Shown here: piece after piece, positions 63,451 through 64,000 of the stretch
Layout of the letters: each line of letters opens with the position of its first letter
Position numbering within the stretch: the stretch's first letter is position 1
DNA from: Eledone cirrhosa
Lineage: Eukaryota
Length of the DNA: 64,000 bases
Assembly (NCBI GenBank): GCA_964016885.1
Contig: OZ024744.1
Location: 124,434,001-124,498,000, forward strand
Direction: 5' to 3'
Notes under the pieces: generated by a model
The model's input: the letters and a program-made list of their open reading frames with translations, nothing else
The model's database searches: none
Told to the model about the DNA's origin: nothing
Position numbers and translations under genes: made by a program

Positions 63451-63757
63451 ACCAAAACAATGCGTATGAAGAATATTAAATTACTAAGATAACAAAAGAA
63501 TCTTACCTTAGCAAATTTAACGATTCCAAATATTTTCAGGTTTAAAAACCCTTTATCAAGGGAGTAACCCTATTAGAGACGTAAAAATCGATCGGATAGA
63601 CTTGTTTGTATGGGACCAGATGAATTCATTTCACTTAAATCTGGTCCCTTGATAAAGGGTTTTTAAACCCAAAAATATTTGGGATCGTTAAGTTTGCTAA
63701 GGTAAGATTCTTTTGTTATCTTGGCAATTTAACATTCTTCATATATATTGTGTTGGT
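63451..63757. mobile_element. MITE-like foldback with ~113-bp imperfect inverted arms
   Basis: 63451-63563 is the reverse complement of 63645-63757; inner hairpin GGGACCAGAT/ATCTGGTCCC. Confidence 0.75.
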
Positions 63758-63762
63758 CTTCA

Positions 63763-63806
63763 ATCCATGCTAGCGTGGAAGATGGACGTTAAACGATGAT
63801 GATGAT
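63763..63806 (+). mobile_element. Very short RTE 3' tail
   Basis: CCATGCTAGCGTGGAAGATGGACGTTAAACGATGATGATGAT. Confidence 0.8.
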
Positions 63807-63813
63807 ATATATA

Positions 63814-63853
<40 letters not shown>

Positions 63854-63943
63854 CAAAAGGGATATTTAATTTGTTGGTAATTCAACTTGAACTGTTAAGA
63901 TCTTCTTCCTGGTTATGTCAATATTTATAAAACAAACTTTGTA

Positions 63944-64000
63944 TTTTATCTGATGAGAGCGTACCAAAGTTTTGGTACCCTTGAAATATATATAATAGAA
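63944..64000 (+). ncRNA. Minimal type-I hammerhead motif (family 3) at the window edge
   Basis: UUUUAU-CUGAUGA-GAGcGUACCAA(AGUU)UUGGUACcCUU-GAAA-UAUAUA-UA^AUAGAA: intact core, long stem II, palindromic stem III. Confidence 0.65.

Overview
Eukaryotic (animal; the repeat landscape suggests a mollusc, probably a cephalopod) genomic DNA, not a prokaryotic locus. The only host gene is the 3' end of PIK3R4/VPS15 on the + strand: six phase-compatible GT-AG exons (33444-33535, 44851-44955, 49196-49321, 50606-50763, 56168-56343, 62764-62965) encoding the C-terminal WD40 propeller, ending ...DGVVKVWK*. Almost everything else is intronic repeat. This includes a >33 kb 48-bp satellite with ~3.1 kb higher-order repeats, whose monomer matches the 3' UTR of the RTE LINEs in the same window, and a 5.1 kb 100-bp satellite built from the head of a tRNA-derived SINE. 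Also present are three RTE LINEs with a PHD-like finger inside the RT region, a Penelope-like (probably Naiad-type) RT+GIY-YIG element with an inverted partial copy, a long-TIR deleted mariner, a non-autonomous Helitron, an L1/Tx1 fragment and a 5S rRNA retrocopy with an RTE-type tail. Five minimal type-I hammerhead ribozyme motifs of three sequence families can be folded by eye. The long Cys/Thr-rich ORFs in the ORF track are artefacts of the satellites. All calls were made by reading the sequence; no searches were run.
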